Shown: one piece after another, positions 20,399-29,789 of the stretch
Layout of the letters: the number at the start of each line of letters is the position of its first letter
How positions within the stretch are numbered: the stretch's first letter is position 1
Assembly: GCA_051546255.1 (NCBI GenBank)
Contig: CP128817.1
Coordinates: forward strand, 1,550,001-1,614,000
Direction: 5' to 3'
Source of the DNA: Meyerozyma guilliermondii
Taxonomy: Eukaryota
Length of the DNA: 64,000 bases
Made by a program: the position numbers and the translations under genes
Notes under the pieces: model-generated
Seen by the model: the letters and a program-made list of their open reading frames with translations, nothing else
Told to the model about the DNA's origin: nothing
Databases searched by the model: none

Positions 20399-22225
20399 AT
20401 GGGGAAGCTACACCAGCTAGATAAAGATGTTATCCAACAGTTGGTGGCTCCACTTTCCGTTTCTGGGTATGCTAGTGCTGTGCGTGAACTACTACACAAT
20501 AGTATAGATGCTCAAGCGACGTTTATCTCCGTGAAAATTCACTTGGACTCGATGAGTGTGATGGTGACTGATAACGGATTTGGCATCAACGAGGCAGATC
20601 TCGGGTTGGTGGGCACCCAGAACTATACTTCCAAGGCGGAGAAAGATCTTTCAAGCGTCAAAACTATGGGTTTTCGGGGAGAAGCTCTTTTTGCAATATC
20701 ACAAGTTTCGAGCACGACCATCGTCAGTAAAGTGGATGGTTTTGGTGCTAATACAAGACATTTGGGTGATCCAAATGTGGATTTATTCGAACCGGATGCT
20801 CAGGTTTGTAATGATATCTTTGCTATTGATCCAACATGCTTGGGAACTTCATGGACTGTGGTGATTGTTCGCGGTCTCTTTGCCAACTTCAAAGTGCGTC
20901 GAGCACAATTATTGTCACAAAATATTCAGAGTATTCTTTCGGAGCTCAAGAACGAGGTTGCTGAGTGTCTGCTTCTTTTTCCCCGTGTAAAAATTGAGGT
21001 TAATGTTGTTCCGGCTGAACAAAGCATCGTCGTTTCACCATCGATGGAAAATCCCTTGGTGTCTACAATTAGGTCCGTCTATGGCTTTCGAGCGCTTCCA
21101 GCATACGAATTGGTCAACGTGAGGTACCAGCAATATCGTATATCGGGAATTATTGGCAAATGGTCGTGGGTTTCGCCATTGAAGTTTATCTTTATCAATG
21201 AACGAAAGTACATTGCAAGCTCACAAGACTTGAAAGAATTCAACAAATTGGTACACAACCTGGCCTACGTGCTCATGGTAACCTGTCCGACAGACGAGAT
21301 AACCCAAGATCCAGCAAAGGTTCTCTATCGTGTACATCACTGGAAAGTTGTCAAACGGATGATTTTGGAGCTACTAGAAAAGTTTGGCGTTTTGGACAGT
21401 CCAATGAAAGAAAGAAGTCCAAGGAAGTCTCATCTCAGTCCCAGAAAATCTCTTTCCAGTCCCAGGAAATCTCCTTCCAAGCCAAGATCTCCTGTCAAAA
21501 GTCCCACCAAGGGCCTTTTCAGCTCTCGCCAATTACACCCAAACCACTCAATCTCCTCATTCAAAACCATATCCGCCATCAATGTCGACTCTTTTCGAGT
21601 ATTGAAGCAGCTCGACCGAAAATACATTCTTTTTGTTGCAATTGTTGAGAGCCATCTGCGTCTTTTCATCGTTGACCAGCATGCCTGCGACGAACGAATT
21701 CGAGTCGAATCCTACCTCAAAGACTATATCCAAAGGACAAAAGTAAACCAACACCAAAATAAAGCTCAGTTGAGCCAGCAACTTCAACTTGAACTTTCCC
21801 CGACTCAAATTCTCCATCTCCAGCTGCACCATGCTCAACTCCAATCATTTGGATTTGACATTGAATTTCGAGAAAACCATGCTTTTTTGCTTCAGGTCCC
21901 CGAAGTCCTCTACGACAAGTCTGTCTCGGCTGTTTCTCTTGGTATAGCCCAGTACTTGGAACATCTTGCTGCAAATCAAAAGTCAAGCCGCATCGGTGAG
22001 CCGCACCATTGGACCCATGCTGTGAAAGATGTACCCCAGATTATTCTCGACAGCATTAATATGCGAGCGTGTCGTTCGGCCATCATGTTCGGAATACCAC
22101 TAACACTTGCAGAAATGAATTATATGCTTCAATGCCTATTCCGTTGCCAGCATCCGTTCCACTGTGCTCATGGAAGACCGTCGGTGGTCGAGGTGAGAGC
22201 ATCCTTACACCCGCTCTCACCATAA
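20399..22225 (+). CDS. MLH3: MutL homolog Mlh3 (MMR/meiotic crossover endonuclease)
   Basis: GHKL motifs ELLHNSIDA, DNGFGI and GFRGEAL; endonuclease motifs DQHACDERIRVE, ACRSAIMFG and CAHGRP. ATG 20399 chosen because the track's upstream part overlaps the opposite-strand gene. Confidence 0.9.
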   Translation: MGKLHQLDKDVIQQLVAPLSVSGYASAVRELLHNSIDAQATFISVKIHLDSMSVMVTDNGFGINEADLGLVGTQNYTSKAEKDLSSVKTMGFRGEALFAISQVSSTTIVSKVDGFGANTRHLGDPNVDLFEPDAQVCNDIFAIDPTCLGTSWTVVIVRGLFANFKVRRAQLLSQNIQSILSELKNEVAECLLLFPRVKIEVNVVPAEQSIVVSPSMENPLVSTIRSVYGFRALPAYELVNVRYQQYRISGIIGKWSWVSPLKFIFINERKYIASSQDLKEFNKLVHNLAYVLMVTCPTDEITQDPAKVLYRVHHWKVVKRMILELLEKFGVLDSPMKERSPRKSHLSPRKSLSSPRKSPSKPRSPVKSPTKGLFSSRQLHPNHSISSFKTISAINVDSFRVLKQLDRKYILFVAIVESHLRLFIVDQHACDERIRVESYLKDYIQRTKVNQHQNKAQLSQQLQLELSPTQILHLQLHHAQLQSFGFDIEFRENHAFLLQVPEVLYDKSVSAVSLGIAQYLEHLAANQKSSRIGEPHHWTHAVKDVPQIILDSINMRACRSAIMFGIPLTLAEMNYMLQCLFRCQHPFHCAHGRPSVVEVRASLHPLSP

Positions 22226-22234
22226 TTATTCGCG

Positions 22235-23446
22235 ATGGATTCGGTACTTGTTTGTGATATCGTGCAAATGTTCCCAGTGTCCACGCCTTTGCCCAAGCGC
22301 CTAGCCGAGGCAGACACCGTTACGGACACGCCGCTCAATGCTCTGGAGTTTTTCACGCCGCTTCAGCGAGTTTCGAGCAATAATTACACCGAGTGGGGCA
22401 CGTCACAGCGTACAACATCAAAACCTATTTCCACTAATGACCAGAAAAGGACAACTACAATGGTCCCTAACCAGTCCAGCGACCTTTCTGGTCCCCTAGA
22501 ACCCCTTCCAACGCTGAATTTCCATTCCAAATTTACTATTGAAAAAAATAAAGTTGACCCAGCGAACAACCAGTCAAAAGCACCACCATCACAACCACTC
22601 TATTATCGGCCGCCAGTATCGTCCGACAATCTCTTTGGCGTGAACCACCTAATTCCTCCTCGTATTAATCGAAACTTTCTGGTTCGTCAAAGTGAACCTC
22701 AGTTACCACCCAAAGTTGATGCAGAGGTAGATAATGCTCCTTCTGGTGAATGGACCAGCAGTGTGGTCAAAGAGGCACTCAGAAGACAGGTCAATACTGA
22801 ACGAGAAGTACGCAGATTTGGAGCCAATATACTCTACATTGCGGCATTCAAGCTACTTGTTCAAATCGGACACTACTTTCTAGCATTGTATCAGGCTGAG
22901 TTTCAAGCACCCTCAAGTTTCTACCAGAAGCACTACTCGTCAGCATCGGCTCTGTACGCCAACTACATCATCAAAGCTGTCTACGCACTCTTTGTGGGTA
23001 ACATTGTCGTTGCTCTGTATCGACTTCTTCGCTCCCAAGATCAGTGTCTCGACTTGCCATTGACCAACCAGCAGCGAAGGCTTTGTGGCTTGAAACCACT
23101 CGAGTCGAACGAGGATGACACCGCCTTGAAAATGAAGAAAAGGCGGTTCGAATTGACCCACCAAGGAACCACAACCCAAGTTCCAAAGTATGGACAAACC
23201 TACGGCCCTATGCTGGCCCCAGCGACCTCTACAGACATTACAGCACAGATAATTCCTCGGTCCTCTGGCATTTACCGGAGTGAACTGCCGCAAAATCGGC
23301 TGCAACTTCGGCTGCGACTTGAACCCGAACCGAGCCAATTTCTCCGCCTGCGTCCCAAACTTGCCCTAAACAACACAATTAGCGGACCCGACCGTCACGA
23401 GGCCGAGCGCAAGTTTAAGAGCCATTTCAACATTGATTTTCTGTAG
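22235..23446 (+). CDS. POM34: Pom34-like transmembrane nucleoporin
   Basis: PSGEW..VVKEALRRQVN, two hydrophobic segments, DLPLTNQQRRLCGL. Start may be ATG 22268. Confidence 0.7.
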   Translation: MDSVLVCDIVQMFPVSTPLPKRLAEADTVTDTPLNALEFFTPLQRVSSNNYTEWGTSQRTTSKPISTNDQKRTTTMVPNQSSDLSGPLEPLPTLNFHSKFTIEKNKVDPANNQSKAPPSQPLYYRPPVSSDNLFGVNHLIPPRINRNFLVRQSEPQLPPKVDAEVDNAPSGEWTSSVVKEALRRQVNTEREVRRFGANILYIAAFKLLVQIGHYFLALYQAEFQAPSSFYQKHYSSASALYANYIIKAVYALFVGNIVVALYRLLRSQDQCLDLPLTNQQRRLCGLKPLESNEDDTALKMKKRRFELTHQGTTTQVPKYGQTYGPMLAPATSTDITAQIIPRSSGIYRSELPQNRLQLRLRLEPEPSQFLRLRPKLALNNTISGPDRHEAERKFKSHFNIDFL

Positions 23447-23631
23447 TTTGGCTGATCATGGAATTCTGGCGTATGGGACTCATGTGAAAAAATCATGTGC
23501 GCGAAATGCGGGGGAGTCGTTGAGAACTTCTTCCTAATATTCTAGTAAACGTCAAGAATCTTTAAATTGTGTTACGGGAGGCTATTGATAAGCTTGCTGA
23601 TTATTTATTACACTTTGAAATCGTCTAGAAT

Positions 23632-24600
23632 ATGTCCGAGGACTTTGAAGAATCATTTCGAGTGAAGAAAGTTGGCGAATGGAAATGGGAAGGTGTCCAT
23701 CCTTTAAAGCTTCCCCTTCGGCTCGCAAGAGGAGTTTATGGTGGCCACACAGTTGCGCAGACCCTTCTTGTCGGAATAGAATCTGCTCCTGGCTACATTC
23801 CAAATTCGTTCCACTCGTACTTTATTGGTCCTGGTGACAGTACGGTACCCATGCAATACTTTGTGACCGAATTGCATACTGGAAAAAACTTTGCCAGTCG
23901 GTATATCAAGGTGGTTCAAAAGGGCACTGTGCGGTTAAATTGTCTTGTTTCTTTGACGAAAAAGGGTGCTAAACCGGGTCCAGATACTCAGGTTGCTCCA
24001 CCAAAACTCTTGGATACCACAGACCCTGATACTTTGGAACAAGTGGTCCATACAACCTATATTCGAAATGCTTATCCTCCCGAATTTGTGGACAAGTCTC
24101 TTGCCCAAGATGAGTTGAAAATTCCTGCTTCAGAAAGATGGATTACTCTCTTCCACAAGATTGAGCAGGATCACGAGTTTAAAGATCCCAAATTCAATTT
24201 TATTGGACTAGCAGACTTGAGTGATTCGGTGATTCTCACCACTTTGGCCCGTGCTCTTCACATGCCATGGAACTCCACAGTCAACAATAAACGCCGAGAG
24301 TACGACGAGGAAAAAGATGCCAGAAAGCTCATGCCCATATCGTTGAATATGATGCATATTTACCACTACAATGCCATGTCCATGGACCATCACATCTATT
24401 TCCACACTGACGATTACGAAAACGGGTTCGATTTGATAAACAATTGGCTAACTTTTCACTATCAATTTAGGGTCCACTCCAATAACCGAACTTTGGTAAG
24501 AGTTTATGCTTACAACCGAGAGGGGACTTGTGTAGCAACCATTATCCAAGAAGGGTTGACCTACCTACAAGATGGTGTCTCTGATAACGCCAAGATATGA
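23632..24600 (+). CDS. TES1: Peroxisomal acyl-CoA thioesterase (TesB/Tes1)
   Basis: GVYGGHTVAQ, SFHSYFI, SMDHHIYFH, VATIIQEG, and C-terminal AKI (PTS1 variant). Confidence 0.88.
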   Translation: MSEDFEESFRVKKVGEWKWEGVHPLKLPLRLARGVYGGHTVAQTLLVGIESAPGYIPNSFHSYFIGPGDSTVPMQYFVTELHTGKNFASRYIKVVQKGTVRLNCLVSLTKKGAKPGPDTQVAPPKLLDTTDPDTLEQVVHTTYIRNAYPPEFVDKSLAQDELKIPASERWITLFHKIEQDHEFKDPKFNFIGLADLSDSVILTTLARALHMPWNSTVNNKRREYDEEKDARKLMPISLNMMHIYHYNAMSMDHHIYFHTDDYENGFDLINNWLTFHYQFRVHSNNRTLVRVYAYNREGTCVATIIQEGLTYLQDGVSDNAKI

Positions 24601-24629
24601 TTAGAATTAGAATATACTTGCATTTTTTT

Positions 24630-24691
24630 TTTTGTGCCATTCTTTAATTTTGCATTTGTGTCTGAGTATAAAAACCCATTTTTTCACAAAT
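24630..24691. promoter_or_regulatory. Cluster of Ndt80/MSE-like sites
   Basis: Minus-strand GGCACAAAA (24630-24638) and GACACAAAT (24654-24662) both fit gNCRCAAAW. Plus-strand CACAAAT at 24685. Confidence 0.65.
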
Positions 24692-24699
24692 ACGTTACC

Positions 24700-25917
24700 A
24701 TGCTTTTAAAATATTATCTTGCCATACTTTCACCGGCAATCAGAGTCGTCTTAGGACAACCAGTAGACGAAGGTAACACCCTCGTTGAAGATTATGATTG
24801 GCGCTTCGAAAGTCCCGTTGATATTTGCAACAGAACCAACCATTTTATTGCTAGTTTAGCAGACCTCAAAGAATTGGCTCGCTGTTCGGTGGTGGCCGGA
24901 GACGTCTCGATTGAAAACTTCAAGGACCCCATTATTCATTTTGGAGATATCCAGAAGATATTGGGTTCGCTTTCGGTCAGAAAATCGTCGTCGCTCGTTC
25001 GCATGGAGGCACCTCTTTTGGAGAGCATCAGCGGTAGTTTTGGCTTGAAACAACTCACTTCTTTGTCGTTGGTATCGTTTCCCAAGCTTCTGAACTTGCA
25101 GTCCCTTGACTGGCAGGTAATTCCCATTTTGAGCAACATCAATTTTGCCGGCACACTTGAAGGGTTGAAAAGCATCAAGATTTCTGATACGTCGTTAACA
25201 GCCATCTCTGGTTTTATAAGCAACGAGTTGAGTATTTTCGACATCAACAACAACCGCTTCTTGGAGCTGATAAGTGCAAATATGGAAAAGGTGACTGAGT
25301 CTCTCCATATTTCCGCCAATGCCAGAAATGCGTTTGTGTCTTTGCCCCGGTTGAGTTTCGCTCAAAACATGAGCATCAACGATGTTGAGCAGTTGAACTT
25401 GGCGGAGCTTGAGAGTGTTGGTGCTTCTGCCAGTCTCATCAATAATCGGTTCAAAAGCTTGAAGCTTCCTAAACTTTCGAGTGTCAAGGGAACCTTGAGT
25501 CTTGTGAAAAACAACGAATTGAGCCACACTGATTTCGCTTCTCTTACAGACATCGGAGGCGGTCTTCTCGTTGCAAACAATACCCTTATTGAGCACGTCA
25601 ACTTTCTACCAAAACTCAATGTCATTGGAGGAGCTATCGAGCTTGTGGGTAACTTTAAAGATGCCAGCTTGAAACAATTGCGTCTTGTCAAAGGAAGTGC
25701 CCGTGTGAAGTCTTTTGCTGCTGGTTTCGACTGTGCAAAATGGAGCACCGCCGAGATGTCTTCTGTTATCAGAGGAGGAAAAATTGAATGTAGCAATGCC
25801 AAGAATGAAACGATGGTTGCTGGTTATTCTGTTCTGTCGGTGGTTTCTGAGGATGTTGCCAATGCTTCCAAGTTTGGTTTGGCCATCTACCTTGTGGCAC
25901 TTTGGGGATTATTCTAG
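24700..25917 (+). CDS. SPS2: Sps2/Sps22 (Ecm33 family) receptor L-domain cell/spore-wall protein
   Basis: Signal peptide, L-domain repeats (LTSLSLVSFPKL, FDINNNRFL, IGGAIELVG), hydrophobic C-terminus. MSE sites and adjacency to POF1 favour SPS2/22 over ECM33. Confidence 0.8.
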   Translation: MLLKYYLAILSPAIRVVLGQPVDEGNTLVEDYDWRFESPVDICNRTNHFIASLADLKELARCSVVAGDVSIENFKDPIIHFGDIQKILGSLSVRKSSSLVRMEAPLLESISGSFGLKQLTSLSLVSFPKLLNLQSLDWQVIPILSNINFAGTLEGLKSIKISDTSLTAISGFISNELSIFDINNNRFLELISANMEKVTESLHISANARNAFVSLPRLSFAQNMSINDVEQLNLAELESVGASASLINNRFKSLKLPKLSSVKGTLSLVKNNELSHTDFASLTDIGGGLLVANNTLIEHVNFLPKLNVIGGAIELVGNFKDASLKQLRLVKGSARVKSFAAGFDCAKWSTAEMSSVIRGGKIECSNAKNETMVAGYSVLSVVSEDVANASKFGLAIYLVALWGLF

Positions 25918-26730
25918 CTTTTTGTATAACGATTGCTCAACAATATATTGGTGAATTTCAGGTATCACTTCATTATGCCACTCTTTATGGCCATCAGCCA
26001 CCTCTTTTCTGATCTTGGACGAGCTCATGGCTCCCACAATGTCGATTTCTCCGGTGTGAAGTGATATACTTTGCGACCAAATCGACGGAAGATCTTCGTG
26101 GCCGCCGCTTCTTAAAGTTTGAACGTACAGCGATTGATCAGCAACCGACAATTTCTCGTCATTTCTCGTCAAACAGAACAAGTCTGTAGACCCCATGAAC
26201 TCGCTAAGAGCCGCCAGAATCTTATCTGGAAGGTAATAGTTGGGATTGAGAATCCGCAAGAGTGTATCAAACCCAACAAGGAACGTCAATTTTGCCAGCA
26301 AATTTTGTTCTTTCAAGTAGCGGAGGATCGTGGATGACTTGTCAACAAATTTAGCATGGTCTGTGATCCCAACAGAAACATTTACTTGCATTTTTTTTTG
26401 AACGTAATCAGCCATCAAGCACATCATGGCAAGTCTGTGTTCCAAAGCAGCTGGAGCAGCCGTGACCTTGTCGGCATTTTTCACCGAGAACAAGAGCAAG
26501 ACGGCCTGGTTGTCCTTGGGAAATTGGTTCTTGTAGCTTAGTGATTCTTTGATGAGAGCATAATGGCCCAAATGAGGAGGGTTGAAGGAGGAATCAAGAA
26601 CGCAAATTCGACGGGTGTTTGAGTTGGCCAATGCATCCAGGGATGGATTGTAGATGATCCTGAGATGGGAGCCAGACGCTAGGAAGTCCTGGACGGTTTT
26701 TTGGAGTGATTTTGCTGATAATTGACTCAT
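25909..26730 (-). CDS. POF1: Pof1-like NMN adenylyltransferase (HxGH nucleotidyltransferase)
   Basis: VLDSSFNPPHLGH, SVKNADK, FLVGFDTLLRI, MSSSKIR. ATG at 26730. Confidence 0.85.
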   Translation of the reverse strand: MSQLSAKSLQKTVQDFLASGSHLRIIYNPSLDALANSNTRRICVLDSSFNPPHLGHYALIKESLSYKNQFPKDNQAVLLLFSVKNADKVTAAPAALEHRLAMMCLMADYVQKKMQVNVSVGITDHAKFVDKSSTILRYLKEQNLLAKLTFLVGFDTLLRILNPNYYLPDKILAALSEFMGSTDLFCLTRNDEKLSVADQSLYVQTLRSGGHEDLPSIWSQSISLHTGEIDIVGAMSSSKIRKEVADGHKEWHNEVIPEIHQYIVEQSLYKKLE

Positions 26731-26877
26731 GGTGTTATAAAGAAGAAATGAGGGTTGCGGATAACATGATGCGACTTTATGCACACTAGATTGAGCTCTT
26801 TGAAAATTGTAATTTATTCAATTGTGCAATTGGGGTAAAGTAGACCGCAAATGTATCTACATAGGGTTTATTTTATA

Positions 26878-27384
26878 TCACAATTCGTCGTGACCTCCAT
26901 CGATAGACACCAATTCGGTGACAAATACTGCGGTTAGTCGAAACTTTCCAAAAAAGAACCTCCGAATTTATACTTACCAAGTGTAGCCTTGGGCGGAATT
27001 GGTCCAATTCCACTGTCTCCATACGCCAATTCGGATGGAATGGTCAATTTTCTTTTCTCTCCAATACACATGTCCAACAAGCCTTGATCCCAGCCTTTGA
27101 TCACGCGGCCAGTTCCAAGCTGGAACGTAATAGGAGAATTTCTCTTGAAAGAGGAGTCAAACACGGTTCCATCTTCCAAAGTTCCCTCGTAATGGACCAG
27201 AATCAAGTCTCCAGCTTTTGACTTGACAGTACACTCACTTTCAGGAATACTTTTGAGAACACCTGTGTTAGTTAAAGAACCAAAAATGTGCTCAGTGATA
27301 CTCACCAATCTGGAGACCACCAGCAACAGCAAACTGGGCCAAAATTAAGAGTGAAAGCGCTTTGAAAACTGGTGCAAACATCAT
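26878..27384 (-). CDS. FPR2: ER FKBP-type peptidyl-prolyl isomerase, 3 exons (27384-27306, 27262-26978, 26927-26878), 137 aa ending HDEL
   Basis: Spliced product is [31 protein letters not shown]...VHYEG...FDSS...VIKGWDQG...[23 protein letters not shown]. Confidence 0.92.
26928..26977 (-). other. FPR2 intron 2 (50 nt)
   Basis: GTAAGT ... GACTAAC CGCAG. The join restores the conserved FKBP end ATLVFVTELV. Confidence 0.9.
27263..27305 (-). other. FPR2 intron 1 (43 nt)
   Basis: GTGAGT ... AACTAAC ACAG. Phase 1; the join keeps the frame. Confidence 0.85.
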
Positions 27385-27608
27385 TCAAGTTTGTTCTTTT
27401 AAATGAAATTTCGCGACTAAACTTATCGCACCGTTCGCAGTACTGCACACTGCTACACTGATAAAAACCAACCATCTATTATACATGCTAATCATAACTT
27501 CGCATAAATCATACCCAAAACCAACTAACACCTTTCCTAACTTAATTTAAAATACAATATTGTCAACAGACAATAGAAGTAAGCTTGTGGAGTGGTAGCC
27601 ATGTAGTT

Positions 27609-28661
27609 CTAATGAACAAACATACGGCCACGCTCCAACTCTTCGATCGTGGATTCCACCACTTCGTCATCATCATCATCTTCCACAAGTTCAATAGTGG
27701 CGTACTTGATCATATCCCACCGCTTCCAAAATGCAATCACATCTTGGAATATATCGGAATCAGTGAGATCTTGTAAATAGTACTTAGCCTTGGTTAACCG
27801 GTCCTTCAATGCTTGCAATTGACAACTTGAAGGATCCTTGGCTGAGTACGAAGGACCATTGTTGCCCTGAACTTGTTGTACGGGCATTAACAGGGGACGT
27901 CTCGAAACTTGAGCGCCTTTGTGATTGATATCAAAATCGCTATCATCGTAATCAGTAAAATCGGTTGCGTTTGCAAAGTAGTCCTCTTCGTCCGTAGCTA
28001 CTGATGCAGGAGTATTGGTATCGGCAGGGCATCTGCCAACTCCAGAAGAGTACCCGTAAACTTCGTCTTCAACGCTGGTGGTAGCGTCGCAATAACGAGC
28101 CCATGCCTCATCGATAGCACCGACCAAATAGTCGAAACATCTAGCTCTGCATTGTTTGTCGGAATCGGGTATTTCCTTCTTGTTTGAAGAAACGTCGTCT
28201 GAAAACAAAACTGAAGGATAGATCGAATTGGTACCGGCAGACAATCTGCAGTCAGCATGAGGATCGCTTCCCATGGCAGCACTGGTACTAACAAAACTAG
28301 CACTGCGTGCCACCTTGCCAATAGCCAGGGTACTACCAGTAGGACTATCGCAACTACGACGATGATACTCCTCCGTATCATTCTCATCGTCATCACTATA
28401 CTGGGACACAGCTCTCGATAAGATCGAGTTACTGATATTATTGAAGGTAAACGACACTCTATTAGAAGCTCTCTTCTTTGCCCGGATTTGATCTGCCTGA
28501 TAACAGGCTTGTTCATCATCCGAATCAAAATCAGAAGAGCTCTGGTCGTCTGTAATCGATTTGTTGATTCCCAAGCATAACCGTTTACTATTTGAGTCGT
28601 TGTCCAAGTTGCAACATCCACGCTTCAGTGGAGCCGCAAACGCTTGTGAGCACAACGCCAT
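27609..28661 (-). CDS. Uncharacterised conserved yeast protein (possibly YBL029W-like)
   Basis: Two helical blocks (RCFDYLVGAIDEAWARYCD; LKDRLTKAKYYL...FWKRWDMIKY) within acidic low-complexity sequence. Family assignment is from memory only. Confidence 0.7.
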   Translation of the reverse strand: MALCSQAFAAPLKRGCCNLDNDSNSKRLCLGINKSITDDQSSSDFDSDDEQACYQADQIRAKKRASNRVSFTFNNISNSILSRAVSQYSDDDENDTEEYHRRSCDSPTGSTLAIGKVARSASFVSTSAAMGSDPHADCRLSAGTNSIYPSVLFSDDVSSNKKEIPDSDKQCRARCFDYLVGAIDEAWARYCDATTSVEDEVYGYSSGVGRCPADTNTPASVATDEEDYFANATDFTDYDDSDFDINHKGAQVSRRPLLMPVQQVQGNNGPSYSAKDPSSCQLQALKDRLTKAKYYLQDLTDSDIFQDVIAFWKRWDMIKYATIELVEDDDDDEVVESTIEELERGRMFVH

Positions 28662-29789
28662 GGTGTGTGGATGTAAATTTCACTTCCAGTGCACCGAAAA
28701 AACTTTTTCTGAACCAACCAATCAAGGCGTCAGAAACTTGCCACGCTGTCCAATAGGAATGACCGTTTGGTGGCGAGTAGAAAAAACACTTAGTAAGGAT
28801 AGATTTGGTCCAACAGAGCTAGCTCGTGGTACGGAAACTATCGGTAATAAGAGTGTTTGTTTAAAGGAGGCAAGCCGGGTTTCCTTTGACCAAACAAAAA
28901 CCTAGACAAAATGAGCTGGTTAAGTATGGATTGTGGGCTATGAAAAAATTTGAGCCTCTCTTATTACGCAAGGAAAATCCTAACAAAAAAAAAGTGCGAA
29001 AAATCCGGAAATTGGCCGAATAATATTTAGGAAGAAAAGGGGGGATGGAAACAACTTGCTGGCATTTTCCACACTTGGTGCATGCGGCGTTTGGGGTTGT
29101 CTGCCGTACTTTGTATGGCGCTTATGTCAAGGCGCGTCAAATGTTCTGCCGGGTAACCGCTTTGCGTGCATATTTTGTCGTGTGCGGCGACAAAATGGTT
29201 GTGAACCATTGGAGGCACCTCTAAAACCAGAAATGATGTCTGGGCCTGCGTTATGCTCCCTGCCCAATTTGGTTAGGTGCCCTCTTGTAAGGGAGAGTTT
29301 TACTGTATATGGGGTATCCTGATAATAGGGGTGATAAGGCAGGTTCATTTCAGATGCACGCGGGAATCTACTTCGGCGAGAAAATGCATAGAAATCGCAA
29401 ATACGGGTAGCTTGCGATGCGCGTTAATTGTTACCTCTCTTAAAAATGACAATTTATAAAGTTTAGCACCGATTGCTTTGAGATTTGCGCTACAGCATGA
29501 AACTTTCTCAATACTGCAGTTTTGTAATAGACTTTAGTTGACTTGCTTTCTTTGCCGCAACCATTCAACGGTTCGCATTTTGATAGCTACTGTTTCTTAA
29601 CTTTAATTGTATTCTCTTATCGCATTAAAATGATAATTAGTTTTTATAATTTGAACAAAAGTCTTCATCCCTTCTTCAACTCCTACTTAAATTGGCCCCA
29701 ATCCAATTCATATCCATGCCTTATAGCTTTCTGTTTTCGTAATTATTCATATTTGCAACTTTTTGTAATTTCGTACTTTTCGTAATTTC

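Noticed and set aside
26970..26978. ATACTTACC, identical to the U1 snRNA 5' end
   Set aside because: It is the reverse complement of the FPR2 intron-2 donor (G/GTAAGTAT), and no U1 body follows.
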